Shown: positions 1-18,000 of the stretch, piece after piece | Layout: every line of letters starts with the position of its first letter | Numbering within the stretch: the stretch's first letter is position 1 | Assembly (NCBI RefSeq): GCF_009914755.1 | Contig: NC_060938.1 | From: the human T2T-CHM13v2.0 reference genome, Homo sapiens | Reading direction: 5' to 3' (one strand) | Length of the DNA stretch: 64,000 nt | Notes under the pieces: generated by a model | Database searches by the model: none | Told to the model about the DNA's origin: nothing | What the model saw: the letters and a program-made list of their open reading frames with translations, nothing else | Program-made: the position numbers and the translations under genes

Positions 1-2950
1 GAGCATTCAACTCACAGAGTTCAACCTTTCTTTTGATAGAGCAGCTTTGAAACACTATTTTGGTAAAATCTGCAAGTGGACATTTGGATATCTTTGTGGC
101 CTACGTTGGAAAATGTAATATATTCAAATATAAACTAGGCAGAAGCATTCTCAGAAACTTCTTTGTGATGTGTGCATTCAGCTCACAGAGTTGAACCTTT
201 CTTCTGGTAGACCAGTTTTAAAACACCCTTTTTGTAGAATCTGCAAGTAGATATTTGGAAAGCTTTGAAGCCTATGGTGGAAAAGGAAATGTCTTCACAT
301 AAAAACCAGATAGAAGCATTCTCAGAAACTTCTTTATGATGTTTGCATTCAACTCACAGAGTTAAACGTAACTTTTCAAAGAGCAGTTTTGAAACGCTGT
401 TTACGTAGAATCTACAAGTGGATATTTAGACTGCTTTGAGTTCTTCGTTGGAATCGGGAATATCTTCACAAAAAAAGTAGACAGAATCATTCTTAGAAAC
501 TTCTTTGTGATGTGTGCATTCAACTCAGAGTTGAAACTTTCTTTTGATAGAGCAGTTTGGAAACACTCTTTTTGTAGAATCTGCAAGTGAGCATTTGTAG
601 TGCTTTCAGGCCTATGGTGGGAAAGGAAATATCTTCACATAAAAACCAGACAGAAGCATTCTCAGAAACTACTTTGTGATGTGTGCATTCAACTCACAGA
701 GTTGAACATACCTATTCATAGAGCAGTTCTGAAACGCTATTTTCATAGAATCTGCAAGTGGATATGTTGACCGGTTTGAGGCCTTCGTTGGAAATGTGAA
801 TATCTTCACATATAAGCTAGACAGAAGTATTCTCCGAAACCTCTGTGTGATGAGTACATTCAACTGACAGAGTGGAGCCTTTCTTTTGATAGAGCAGTTT
901 TGAAACACACTTTTTGTGGAATCTGCTAGTGGACATTTGGAAAGATTTGAGGCCTATTGTGGAGAAGGAAATATCTTCACATAAAAACCAGACAGAAGCA
1001 TTCACAGAAATTTCTTTGTGATGTGTGCATTCAACTCACAGTGTTGAACCTTTCTTTTGATAGAGCAGTTTTGAAACACTCTTTTGTAGAATCTGCAAGT
1101 GAACATTTGTAGCGCTTTGAGGCCTATGGTGGAAAAGGAAATATCTTCACATAAAAACCAGACAGAAGCATTCTCACAAACTTCTTTGTGAGGTTTGCAT
1201 TCAACTCACAGAGTTCAACCTACATTTTCCTACAGCAATTTTGAAACACTCTTTACATAAAATCTGCAATTGTATATTTTATTACATTCAGGCCTTCATT
1301 GGAAACGGGATTATCTTCATGTAAAACCTAGACAGAAGCATTCTCAGAAACTTGTTCGAGATGTGTGCATTCAACTTACGGTGTTGAACCTTTCTTTTCA
1401 TAGAACAGTTTTGAAACACTCTCTTTGTAGAATCTGCAAGTGGACATATGGAAAGCTTTGAGGCCTATGATGGAAAAAGAAGTATCCTCACAAAAAAACC
1501 ATATAGAAGCATTCTCACAAACTTCTCTGCGATGTTTGCATTCAACTCACAGAGTTGAACACACTTTTTCATACAGCTGTTTTGAAACACTCTTTTCGTA
1601 GTATCTACAAGTGGATATTTGGACTGCTTTGAGGCCTTCGTTGGAAACGGGAATATATTCACATAAAATATAGACAGAAGCATTCTCCGAAACTTCTTTG
1701 TGATGAGTATATTCAACTGACAGAGTAGAACCTTTCTTTTGATAGAGCAGTTTTGAAACACTCTTTTTGTAGAGTCTGCAAGTGTACATTTTGTGAGTTT
1801 GAGACCTATGGTGGAAAAGGATATATCTTCACATAAAAACCAGACAGAAGCATTCTGAGAAACTTCTTTGTGATGATTGCTTTCAATTCACAGAGTCGAA
1901 CATACCTTTTCATAAAGCTGTTTTGAAACACTCTTTTCTTACAATATGCAAGTGGTTATTTGGACTGCTTTGAGGCATTCGTTGGAAACGGGAATATCTT
2001 CACATAGAATCTAGACAGAAGCATTCTCCGAAACTTCTATGTGATGTGTGCATTCCACTCACAGAGTTGAACCTTTCTTTTGATAGAGTAGAATTGAAAC
2101 ACTCTTTATGTAGAATTTGCAAGTGGACCTTTGGAGATTTTGAGGCCTATGGTGGAAAAAGATACATCTTCACATAAAAACCAGACAGAAGCATTCTCAG
2201 AAACTACTTTGTGATGTCTGCATTCAACTCACAGAGTTCAATATACCTTTTCATACAGCAGTTTTGAAACACTGTTTTCGTAGAATCTGCAAGTGGATAT
2301 TTGGACTGCTTTGATGCCTTCGTTGGTAAAGGGAATATCTTCACATATGAGCTGGACAGAAGAATTCTCCAAAACTTCTTTGTGATGTGTACATTCAACT
2401 CACAGAGTTGAACATTTCTTTTGATAGAGCAGTTTTGAAACACTCTTTTTGTAGAATCTTCAAGGGGACATTTGGAGAGCTTCGAGGACTGTGGTGGAAA
2501 AGGAAATATCTTCACATAAAAACTAGACAGAAGCATTCTCAGAAATTACTTTGTGATGTTTGCATTCAACTAACAGAGTTGAACCTACCTTTCCATACCG
2601 CAATTATGAAACACTATTTTCATAGTATCTGCAAGTAGATATTTGGACTACTTTGAGGCCTTCGTTGGAAACAGGAATATCTTCACATAAAATCTAGACA
2701 GAAGCATTCTCAGAAACTTCTTTGAGATGTGTGCATTCAACTCACAAAGCTGAACCTTTCTTTTGATTGAGTAGTTATGAAACAAACTTTTTGTAGTATC
2801 TGCAAGTGGACATTTGGAAATCTTTGATGCCTATGGTGGAAAAGGAAGTATCTTCACATAAAAACCAGACAGAAGCATTCTCAGAAACTTCTTTGTGATG
2901 TTTGCATTTAACTCACAGAGTTAAACATTCCTTTTCATACAGCAATTTTG
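1..2950 (+). repeat. Alpha satellite, divergent A/B alternating monomers (SF5 / R1-R2-like)
   Basis: ~171-bp periodicity of CAGAAGCATTCTCAGAAACTTCTTTGTGATG...TTCAACTCACAGAGTTGAAC. pJalpha-type (GGCCTATGGTGGAAAAGGAAA) and CENP-B-type (CTTCGTTGGAAACGGGA) monomers alternate irregularly. Alpha call is certain; the SF label is an inference. Confidence 0.95.
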
Positions 2951-3191
2951 TTTTTTTTTTCAGTTTTCTTTTTTTTTTAATTTTTTTATTATACTTTAAG
3001 ATTTAAGGTACATGTGCACATTGTGCAGGTGAGTTACATACATATACACGTGCCATGCTGTTGTGCTGCACCCACTAACTCGTCATCTACCATTAGGTAT
3101 ATCTCCCAATGCTATCCCTCACCCCTCCGCCACCCCACAACACTCCCCAGAGTGTGATGTTCCCCTTCCTGTGTCCACATGATCTCATTTT

Positions 3192-7019
<3,828 letters not shown>

Positions 7020-7082
7020 TATGATGTTAGCTGGTTATTTTGCTCGTTAGTTGATGCAGTTTCTTCCTAGTCTCGATGGTCT

Positions 7083-8100
7083 TTACATTTTGGCATGATT
7101 TTGCAGCGGCTGGTACTGGTTGTTCCTTTCCATATTTAGCGCTTCCTTCAGGAGCTCTTTTAGGGCAGGCCTGGTGGTGACAAAATCTCTCAGCATTTGC
7201 TTCTCTGTAAAGTATTTTATTTCTCCTTCGCTCATGAAGCTTAGTTTGGCTGGATATGAAATTCTGGGTTGAAAAATCTTTTCTTTAAGAATGTTGAGTA
7301 TTGACCCCCACTCTCTTCTGGCTTGTAGGGTTTCTGCAGAGAGATCCGCTGTTAGTCTGATGGGCTTCCCTTTGAGGGTAACCCGACCTTTCTCTCTGGC
7401 TGCCCTTAACATTTTTTCCTTCATTTCAACTTTGGTGAATCTGACAATTATGTGTCTTGGAGTTGCTCTTCTCGAGGAGTATTTTTGTGGCATTCTCTGT
7501 ATTTTCTGAATCTGAACGTTGGCCTGCCTTGCTAGATTGGGGAAGTTCTCCTGGATAATATCCTGCAGAGTGTTTTCCAACTTGGTTCCATTCTTCCCGT
7601 CACTTTCAGGTACACCAATCAGACGTAGATTTAGTCTTTTCACATAGTCCCATATTTCTTGGAGTCTTTGCTCATTTCTTTTTATTCTTTTTTTCTCTAA
7701 ACGTCCCTTCTCACTTCATTTCATTCATTTCATCTTCCATTGCTGATACCCTTTCTTCTAGTTGATCCCATTGGCTCCTGAGGCTTCTGAATTCTTCACA
7801 TAGTTCTTGAGCCTTGATTTTCAGCTCCAACAGCTCCTTTAAGCACTTCTCTGTATTGGTTATTCTAGTTATACATTCTTCTAAATTTTTTTCAAAGTTT
7901 TCAACTTCTTTGCCTTCGGTTTGAATGTCCTCCCGTAGCTCAGAGTAATTTGATCATCTGAAGCCTTCTTCTCTCAGCTCGTCAAAGTCATTCTCCATCC
8001 AGCTTTGTTCCATTGCTGGTGAGGAACTGCATTCCTTTGGAGGAGGAGTGGCGCTCTGCTTTTTAGAGTTTCCTGTTTTTCTGTTCTGTTTTCTCCCCAT
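7083..8100 (-). pseudogene. L1 ORF1 (RNA-binding protein), disrupted
   Basis: ATG at 8100-8098. The track shows only the C-terminal 186 aa (7083..7643, ...QPLQNHAKM) as a long ORF, so the coiled-coil region is broken. Confidence 0.9.
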
Positions 8101-9003
8101 CTTTGTGGTTTTATCTACTTTTGGTCTTTGATGATGGTGATGTACAGATGTGTTTTTGGTGTGGATGTCCTTTCTGTTTGTTAGTTTTCCTTCTAACGGA
8201 CAGGACCCTCAGCTGCAGGTCTGTTGGAATACGCTGCCATGTGAGGTGTCACTGTGCCCCTGCTGGGGGTGCCTCCCAGTTAGGCTGCTCGGGGGTCAGG
8301 GTCAGGGACCCACTTGAGGAGGCAGTCTGCCCATTCTCAGATCTCCAGCTGTGTGCTGGGAGAAACACTGCTCTCTTCAAAGCTGTCAGACAGGGACATT
8401 TAAGTCTGCAGAAGTTACTGCTGTCTTTTTGTTTGTCTGTGCCCTGCCCCCAGAGGTGGAGCCTACAGAGGCAGGCTGGCCTCCTTGAGCTGTGGTGGGC
8501 TCCACCCAGTTCGAGCTTCCCAGCTGCTTTGTTTACCTAATCAAGCCGGGGCAATGGTGGGAGCCCCTCCCCCAGCCTCACTGCCACCTTGCAGTTTGAT
8601 CTCAGACTGCTGTGCTAGCAATCAGTGAGACTCCATGGGCGTAGGACCCTCTGATCCAGGTGCGGGATATAATCTCGTGGTGTGCCGTTTTTTAAGCCTG
8701 TCGGAAAAGGGCAGTATTCGGGTGGGAGTGACCCCATTTTCCAGGTGCTGTCTGTCACCCCTTTCTTTGACTCAAAAAGGAACTCCCTGACCCCTTGTGC
8801 TTCCCAAGTGAGGCAATGCCTCGCCCTGCTTCGGCTCGTGCACAGTGCGCACACCCACTGACCTGTGCCCACTCTCTGGTACTCACTAGTTGAGATGAAC
8901 CTGGTACCCCAGATGGAAATGCAGAAATCACCCATCTTCTGTGTCACTCACACTGGGAGCTGTAGACCAGAGCTGTTCCTATTCAGCCATCTTGGCTTCT
9001 CCT
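8101..9003 (-). promoter_or_regulatory. L1 5'UTR internal sense/antisense promoter, CpG-decayed; ORF0 truncated
   Basis: YY1 core CAAGATGGC retained at ~8986-8994. Antisense ORF0 starts ATGGTGGGAGCCCCT at 8554 (+) and hits CGA>TGA at codon 25. Confidence 0.75.
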
Positions 9004-12000
9004 GATAGAGCAGTTTTGAAACACTCTTTTTGTAGATTCTGCAAGTTGATATTTGGACTATTTTGAGGCTACCATTGGAAACGGGAATATCATCACATAA
9101 AAACTAGACAGAAGCATTCTCAGAAACTTCTTTGTGATGTGTACATTCAACTCACAGAGTTGAATTTTCTTAGGATAGAGCAGTTTCCAAACACTCTTTC
9201 TGTAGAATCTGCAAGTGGTCATTTGTAAAGCTTTGAGGACTACGGTGGAAATGGAAATATCTTCATGTAACAACCAGACAGAAGCATTCTCAGAAACTTT
9301 TTTGTGATGTTTGCATTCAACTCACAGAGATGAACCTTTCTTTTGATAGAGCAGATTTGAAACACTCTTTTTGTAGCATCTGCTAGTGAACATTTGTAGT
9401 GCTTTGAGGCCTATGTTGGAAAAGGAAATATCTTCACATAAAAACCAGACAGACGCATTCTCAGAAACTTCTTTGTGATGTTTGCTTTCAACTCACAGAG
9501 TTGAACATAGCTGTTCATAGAGCAGTTCTGAAACGTTCTTTTCGTAGAATCTGCAAGTGGATATTTGGACTGCTTTGAGGCCTTCGTTGTAATCGGGAAT
9601 ATCTTCACATATAAGCTAGACAGAATCATTCTCAGAATCTTCTTTGTGATGTGTACATTCAACTCACAAAGTTGAAGCTTTCTTTTGATAGAGCAGTTTC
9701 AAAACACTCTTTTAATAGAATCTGCAAGTGGATATTTGGAGAGCTTTGAGTCCCGTGGTGGAAAAGGAAATATCTTCACACAAAAACAAGACAGAAACAT
9801 TCTTAGAAACTTCTTTGTGATGTCTGCATTCAACTCACAGAGGTGAACATACCTGTTCATAGAGGAGTTCTGAAATGCTCTGTTCGTAAAATCTGCAAGT
9901 GGATATTTGTACTGCTTTGAGGCATTCATTGCAAACGGGAATATCTTCACATATAAGCTAGACAGAAGAATTCTCAGAAACTTATTTGTAATGTGCACAT
10001 TCAACACACAGAGTTGAACCTTTCTTTTGATAGAGCAGTTTTGAAACAGTCTTTTTGTAGATTCTGCAAGTGGACATTTGGAGAGTTTTGAGGCCTTTGG
10101 TGGAAAAGGAAATATCTTCACATAAAAACTAGACAGAGGCATTCTCAGAAACTTCTTTGTGATGTTTCCATTAAACTCACAGATTTGAACATACCTTTTC
10201 ATACAGCAGTTTTGAAACACACTTTTCGTAGAATCTGCAAGTGGATATTTGGACTACTTTAAGGACTTCGTTGGAAACGGGATTGTCTTTACATAAAATC
10301 TAGACAGAAGCATTCTCAGAAACTTCTTTGTGATGTGTGCATTCAACTCTCAGAGTTGAACCTTTCTTTTGATGGAGCAGTATTGAAACACTCTTTTGGT
10401 AAAATCTGCAAGTGGACATTTGGAGATCTTTGAGACCAACGGTGAAAAAGGAAATATCTTCACATAAAAACTAGAGAGAAGCATTCTCAGAAACTTTTTA
10501 GTGATGTTTGCATTCCACTTACAGAGCTGAAAATACCTTTTCATACAGCAGTTTTGAAACACTCTTTTCGTAGAATCTGCAGGTGGATATTTCAACTGGG
10601 TGGAGCCCTTCATTGGAAACAGGAATATCTTCACACATAAGCTAAACAGAAGCATTCTCAGAAACTTCTTTGTGATGTGTGCATTCAACTCACAGAGTTG
10701 AACCTTTCTTTTGATAGAGCAGTTTTGAAACACACTTTTTTTACAATCTGCAAGAGAACATTTGTAGTGCTTTGAGGACTATGGTGGAAAAGGAAATATC
10801 ATCACATAAAAACCAGACAGAAGTATTCTCAGAAACTTGCTTGTGATGTTTGCATTCAACTCACAGACTTGAAAGTAACTTTTCGTAGAGCAGTTTTGAA
10901 AAGTCTTTTCGTATAATCTGCAAGTTGATATTTAGACTGTTTTGAGGCCTTCGTTGGAAACGGGAATATCTTCACATAAAAACTAGACAGAAGGATAATC
11001 AGAAACTTCTTAGTGATGTGTGATTCAACTCACAGATTTGAACCTTTCTTTTGATGGAGCAGTTTTGGAACACTCTTTTTGTAGAATCTGCAAATGAACA
11101 TTTGTAGTGCGTGGAGGTCAATGGTGGAAAAGGAAATATCTTCACATCAAAACCAGAAAGAAGCATTCTCAGAAACTTCTTTGTGATGTTTACATTAAAC
11201 TCACAGAGTTGAACATACCTATTCATAGAGCAGTTCTGAAACACTCTTTTCGTAGAATCTGCAAGTTGATATTGGACTGCTTTGAGGCCTTCTTTGGAAA
11301 CGGGAATATCTTCACATAAAAACTCGAAAGAAGGGTTCTCAGAAACTTCTTTGTGATGTGTGCATTCAACTAACAGAATTGAACCTTTCTTTCATTAGAG
11401 CAGTTCTGAAACACTCTTTTTATAGAATCTGGAAGTGGACATTTTGAGAGCTTTGAGACCTAAGGAGGAAAAGGATACATCTTCACATAAAAACCTGAAA
11501 TAAGCATTCTCAGAAACTACTTAGTGACGTTTGCATTCAACTCACAGTGTTGATCATACCTTTTCATAGAGGAGTTCTGAAACACTCTTTTCGTAGTATC
11601 TGCAAATGGATATTTGGATTGCTTTGAGGCCTTCGTTGGACACGGGAATATCTTCATATAAAATCTACACAGAAGCATTCTCAGAAACTTCTTTCTGATG
11701 TGTGCATTCAACTCACAAAGTTGAAATTTTCTTTTGATAGAGCAGTTTTGAAACACACTTTTTCTGGAATCTGCAAGTGTACGTTTGGAGAGCGTTGAAT
11801 CCTGTGGTGGAAAAGGAAATATCTTTACTTAAAAACTCGACAGAAGCATTCTCAGAATCTTCTTAGTGATGTTTGCATTCAACTCACGGAACTGAACACA
11901 CCTCTTCATATAGCAGTTCTGAAAAACTATCTTCGTAGAATCTGCAAGAGGATATTTGAAGTGCTTTGAGATCTTCATTGGTAACGGAAATATCTTCACA

Positions 12001-15000
12001 TATAAGCTAGACAGAAGCATTCTCAAAAACTTCTTTGTGATGTGTACATTCATCTCACAGAGTTGAACCTTTCTTTTGATAGAGCAGTTTTGAAACAGTC
12101 TTTTTGTAGTATGTGCAATTGGACATTTGGAGAGCTTTGAGGCCAGTGGTGGAAAAGGAAATATCTTCACATAAAAATTAGACCGCAGCATTCTCAAAAC
12201 TTCTTTGCAATGTTTACATTCAGCTCTCAGAGTTGAACATACCTTTTCTTAGCGCAGTTTGGAAACACATTTTTTGTAGAATCTGCAAGTGGATATTTGG
12301 ACTGCTTTGAGGCCTTCGTTGGAAACGGGGATATCTTCACATATAAGATAGACAGAAACATTCTCAGAAACTACTTTGTGATGTGTACATTAAACTCACA
12401 GAGTTGAAGCTTTCTTTTGATAGAGCAGTTTTGAAACACTCTTTTTGTAGAATCTGCAAGTGGACATTTGGAGAGCTTAGAGGCCTGTGGTGGAAAAGGG
12501 AATCTCTTCACATAAAAACTAGACAGAAGCATTCTCAGAAAATTCTTTGTGTTGTTCACATTCAACACACAGAGTTGAACACACCTGTTCATAGAACAGT
12601 TTGAAACCCTCTTTTCGTAGAATCTGCAGGTGGGTATTTGGACTGCTTTGAGGCCTTCTTTGGAAATGGGAATATCTTCACATAAAAACAAGACAGAAGC
12701 ATTCTCATAAACTTCTTTGTGATGTGTGCCTTCAAATCACAGATTGGAACCTTTCTTTTGAGAGAGCAATTTTGAAACACTCTTTTTGTAGAATCTGCAA
12801 GTGGACATATGGAAAGATTTGAGGTCTCTGGTGGAAAAAGAAATATCTTTACATAAAAACTAGACAGAAACATTCTCAGAAACTTCTTTGTGCTGTTTGC
12901 ATTCAACTCAAAGAGTTGAACCTACCTTTACATACAGCAGATTTGAAACACTCTTTTCGTAGAATCTGCAAGTGGACATTAGGAATACTTCGGGGCCTTC
13001 ATTGGAAACGGGAATGTCTTCACAAAAAAACTAGGCAGAAGCATTCTCACAAACATCTTTGTGATGTGTGCATTCAACTCACAGAGTTGGAACTTTATTT
13101 TGATAGAGCAGTTTGGAAACACTCTTTTTATAGAAACTGCAAGTGGACATTTGGAGAGCTTTGAGGTCTATGGTGGAAATGGAAATATCTTCACATAAAA
13201 ACCAGACAGAAGCATTCTCAGAAACTTCTTTGTGATGTTTGCATTCAACTCACAGTGTTGAACATACCTATTCATAGTTCAGTTCTTAAACACTCTTTTC
13301 ATAGAATCTGCAAGTGTATGTTTAGATGGCTTTGAGGCCTTTGTTGGAAACGGAAATATCTTCACATATACGCTAGACAGAAGCATTATCAGAAACTTCT
13401 TTGTGATGAGTACATTCAACTGACAGAGTTGAACCTTTCTTTTGATAGAGCTTTTTTGAAACACTATTTTTGCAGAATCTGCAGTGTATATTTGGTGAGC
13501 TTTGAGGCCTATGATGGAAAAGAAATATCTTCACAATAAAACCAGACAGAAGCATTCTCACAAACTTCTTCCTGATGTTTGCATTCAACTCACAGAGTTG
13601 AACATACCTTTTCATACAGCAGTTTTGAAACATTCTTTTCGTAGAATGTGTAAGTGGATATTTGGACTGCTTTGAGGCCTTAGTTGGAAGGGCGAATATC
13701 TTCATATAAAATCTAGACAGAAGCATTCTCAGAAACTTCTCTGTGATGTGTGCATTCAACTCACAGAGTTGACCCTTTCTTCTGATAGAGCAGTTTTGAA
13801 ACACTCTTTTTGTAGAATATGCAAGTGTACATTTCATGAGCTTTGAGGCCTATGGTGGAAAAGGAAATATCTTCATATGAAAACCATACAGAAGCATTCT
13901 CAGAAACTACATTGTGATGTTTGCATTCAACTCACAGAGTTGAACCTAACTTTTCATACAGCAGTTTTGAAACACACTTTTCGTAGAATCTGCAATTGGA
14001 TATTTGGACTACTTAGAGGTCTTTGTGGGAGATGGGAATACCTTCACATAAAATCTAGGCAGAAGCATTCTAAGAAACCTCTTTGTGATGTGTGCATTCA
14101 ACTCACAGGGTTGAACTTTTCTTTTGATAGAGCAGTTTTGAAACACTCTTTTTGTAGAATCTGCAAGTGGATATTTGGAAAGCTTTGAGGCCTATGGTGG
14201 AAATGGAAATATCTTCACATAAAAAACAGACAGAAGCGTTCTCAGAAACTTCTTTGTAATGTTTGTATTCAACTCACAGTGTTGAACGTATCTTTTCATA
14301 GAGCAGTTTTGAAACACTCTTTTCGTAGAATCTGCAAGTGGATATTTAAACTGCTTTGAGGCCTTCATTGGAAACGGGAATATCTGCACATAAAATCTAG
14401 ACAGAAGCATTCTCAGAAACTTTTTTTTGATGTGTGCATTCAACTCACAGAGATGAACCTTTCTTCTGATAGAGCAGTTTTGAAACACTCTTTTTGTAGT
14501 ATCTGCAAGTGTACATTTGTTCAGCTTTGAGGCCTACGGTGGAAAAGGAAATATCTTCACAAAAAAACCAGCAGAAGCATTCTCTCAAACTACTTTGTGA
14601 TGTTTGCATTCAATTCACAGAGTTGAACATACCTTTTCATACGGCAGTTTTGAAACACTCTTTTCATAAAATCTGCAAGTGGATATTTGGACTGCTTTGA
14701 GGCCTTCGTTGTAACGGCGAATATCTTCACATAAAATCTAGACAGATGCATTCTCAGAAACTTCTTTGTGATGTATGCATTCAACTCTGTGAGTTGATAG
14801 AGCAGTTTTGAAACACTCATTTTGTAGAATCAGGAAGTGGACCTTTGGAGAGCTTTGAGGCCTAAGGTGAAAAGGTTATATCTTCATACAAAAACAAGAC
14901 AGAAGCATTCTCAGAAACTACTTTGTGATATTTGCATTCAACTCACAGAGTTGAACATACCTATACATAGAGGGGTCATGAAACACTATTTTCGTAGAAT

Positions 15001-18000
15001 CTGCAGCGGATATTTGGATGGCTTTGAGGCCTTCATTGGAAATGGGAATATCTTCCCATATAAGCTAGACAGAAGCAGTCTCAGAAATTTCTTTGTGATG
15101 AGTACATTCAACTAACGGAGTTGAAACTTTCTTTTGATAGAGCAGTTTCAAACACTCCTTTTGTAGAATCTGCAAGTGTACAATTGATGAGCTTTGAGGC
15201 CTATGGGGGAAAGGAAATATCTTCACATAAAATCCTGACAGAAGCTTTCTCACAAATTTCTTTGTGATGTTTGCATTCAACTCACAGAGTTGAACATACC
15301 TTTTCTAAGGGCAGTTTTGAAACACTGTTTTCATGGTATCTGCCAGTGGATGTTTGGACTGCTTTGAGGCCTTCGTTGGAAACGGGAATACTTCACATAA
15401 AAACTAGATAGATGCCTTCTCAGAAACTTCTTTGTGATATGTGCATTCAACTCAGAGAATTGAACCTTTCTTTTCATAGAGCAGTTTTGAAACACTGTTT
15501 TTGGAGAATCAGCAAGCGGACATATGGAAAGTTTGAGGCCTATGGTGGAAAAGGAAATATCTTCACATAAAAACCAGACAGAAACATTCTCAGAAACTTC
15601 TTTGTGACGTCTGCATTCAACAACTCACAGAGTTGAACCTACCTTTTCATAGAGCAGTTTTGAAACAGTCTTTTTGTAGAATCTGCCATTTGATATTTGG
15701 ACTACTTTGAGGCATTCTTTGGAAACGGGAATATCTTCACATAAAATCTAGACAGAAGCATTCTCAGAAACTTCTTTGAGATGTGTGCATTCAACTCATG
15801 GAGTTTAACATTTCTTTTGATAGAGCAGTTTTGAAACACTCTTTTGGTAAAATCTGCAATTGAACATTTGTAGATCATTGTGGCCTATGGCGTAAAAGGA
15901 GATATCTTCACATATAAACTAGACAGAAGCATTCTCAGAAACTTCTTTGTGATTTGTGCACTCAACTTACAGAGTTGAACCTTTCTTTTGATAGAGCGGT
16001 TTTGAAACACTCTCTCCATAGAATCTGCAACTGGATATTCGGACTGCTATGAGGCCTTAGTTGGAAACGCAAATATCTTCACATAAAATCTAGACAGAAG
16101 CTTTCTCAGAAACTTCTTTGTGATGTCTGCATTCAATTCACAAAGTTGAACCTTTCTTTTAATAGAGCAGTTTTGAAACACTCTTTCTGTAGAATCTGGA
16201 AGTGGACATTTGGAGAGTTTTGAGGCCTAAGGTTGGAAAGTATATATCTTCACATGAAAACCAGACAGCAGCATTCTCTGAAACTACTTTGTGATGTTTG
16301 CATTCAACTCACCGATTTGAACATTCCTATTCATAGAGGGGTTCTGAAACTCTCTTTTCGTAGAATCTGCAAGCGGATATTTTGAGGTCTTTGATGCCTT
16401 CGTTGGAAATGGGAATATCTTCACATATGAACTAGACAGAAGAATTCTCAGAAACTCCTTTGTGATGAGTCCATTCAACTGACAGAGTTGAAGCTTTCTT
16501 TTGATAGAGCAGTTTTGAAACACTCCTTTTGTAGAATCTGCAGGTGTACAAGTGGTGAGCTTTGAGGCCTATGGTCGAAGAGGAAACATCTTAACATAAA
16601 AACCAGACAGAAGCATTCTAACGAATTTCTTTGTGATGTTTGCATTCAACTCACAGAGTTGAACATACGTTTTCTAAGAGCAGTTTTGGAACACATTTTT
16701 TGTAGTATCTGCCAGTGGATATTTGGACGCTTTGATGCCTTCGTTGGAAACGGAAATATCTTCACGTAAAAACTAGAAACAAGCATCCTCAGACACTTCT
16801 TTGTGATGTGTGCATTCAACACACAGAGTTGAACCTTTCTTTTGATAGAGCAGTTTTGAAACAGTCTTTTTGTAGAATCTGAAAATGGACGTATGAAAGC
16901 TTTGAGGCCTATGGTAGAAAAGGAAATATCTACACATAAAAACCAGACAGAAGAAATCTCACAAACTTCTTTGTGATGTTTGCATTCAACTCACTGAGCT
17001 GAACCTACCTTTTCGTACAGCAATTTGAAGCACTCTTTTCGTAGAATCTGCAATTGGATATTTTTACTACTTTGAGGCCTTCGTTGTAAACGGAAATATC
17101 TTCAAATAAAATCTAGACAGAAGCATTCTCAGAAGCTACTTTGTGATGTGTGCATTTAACACACAGATTTGAACCTTTTTTTTTGATAGAGAAGTATTGA
17201 AACACTCTTTTTGTAGAATCTGCAAGTGACCATTTGGAAAGATTTGAGGCCTATGGTGGAAAAGGAAATATCTTCACATAAAAACCAGACAGAAGCATTC
17301 TCACAAACTTCTTTCAGATGTTTTCATTAAACTCACAAAGTTGAACATACCTTTTCATACAGCAGTTTTGAAACACTCTTTTCATAAGATCTTCAAGTGG
17401 ATATTTGGACCCCTTTGAGGCCTTCATTGGAAATGGGAATAACTTCCCATAAAATCGAGACAGAAGCATTCTCAGAAGCTACTTTGTGATGTGTGCATTT
17501 AACACACAGATTTGAACCTTTTTTTTGATAGAGAAGTATTGAAACACTCTTTTTGTAGAATCTGCAAGTGACCATTTGGAAAGATTTGAGGCCTATGGTG
17601 GAAAAGGAAATATCTTCACATAAAAACCAGACAGAAGCATTCTCAGAAACTTCTTTCAGATGTTTTCATTAAACTCACAAAGTTGAACATAACTTTTCAT
17701 ACAGCAGTTTTGAAACACTCTTTTCGTAAGATCTTCAAGTGGATATTTGGACCCCTTTGAGGCCTTCATTGGAAATGGGAATAACTTCCCATAAAATCGA
17801 GACAGAAGCATTCTCAGAAACTTCTTTGTGATGTGTGCATTCAACTCACAGACTTGAACGTTTCTTTTGATAGAGCAGTTTTGAAACAATCTTTTTGTAG
17901 AATCTGGAAGTGGACATTTGGAGAGATTTGAGGCGTATGCTGGAAAAGGAAATATCTTCACATAAAAACGATACAGAAGCAGGCTCAGAAACTACAGTGT

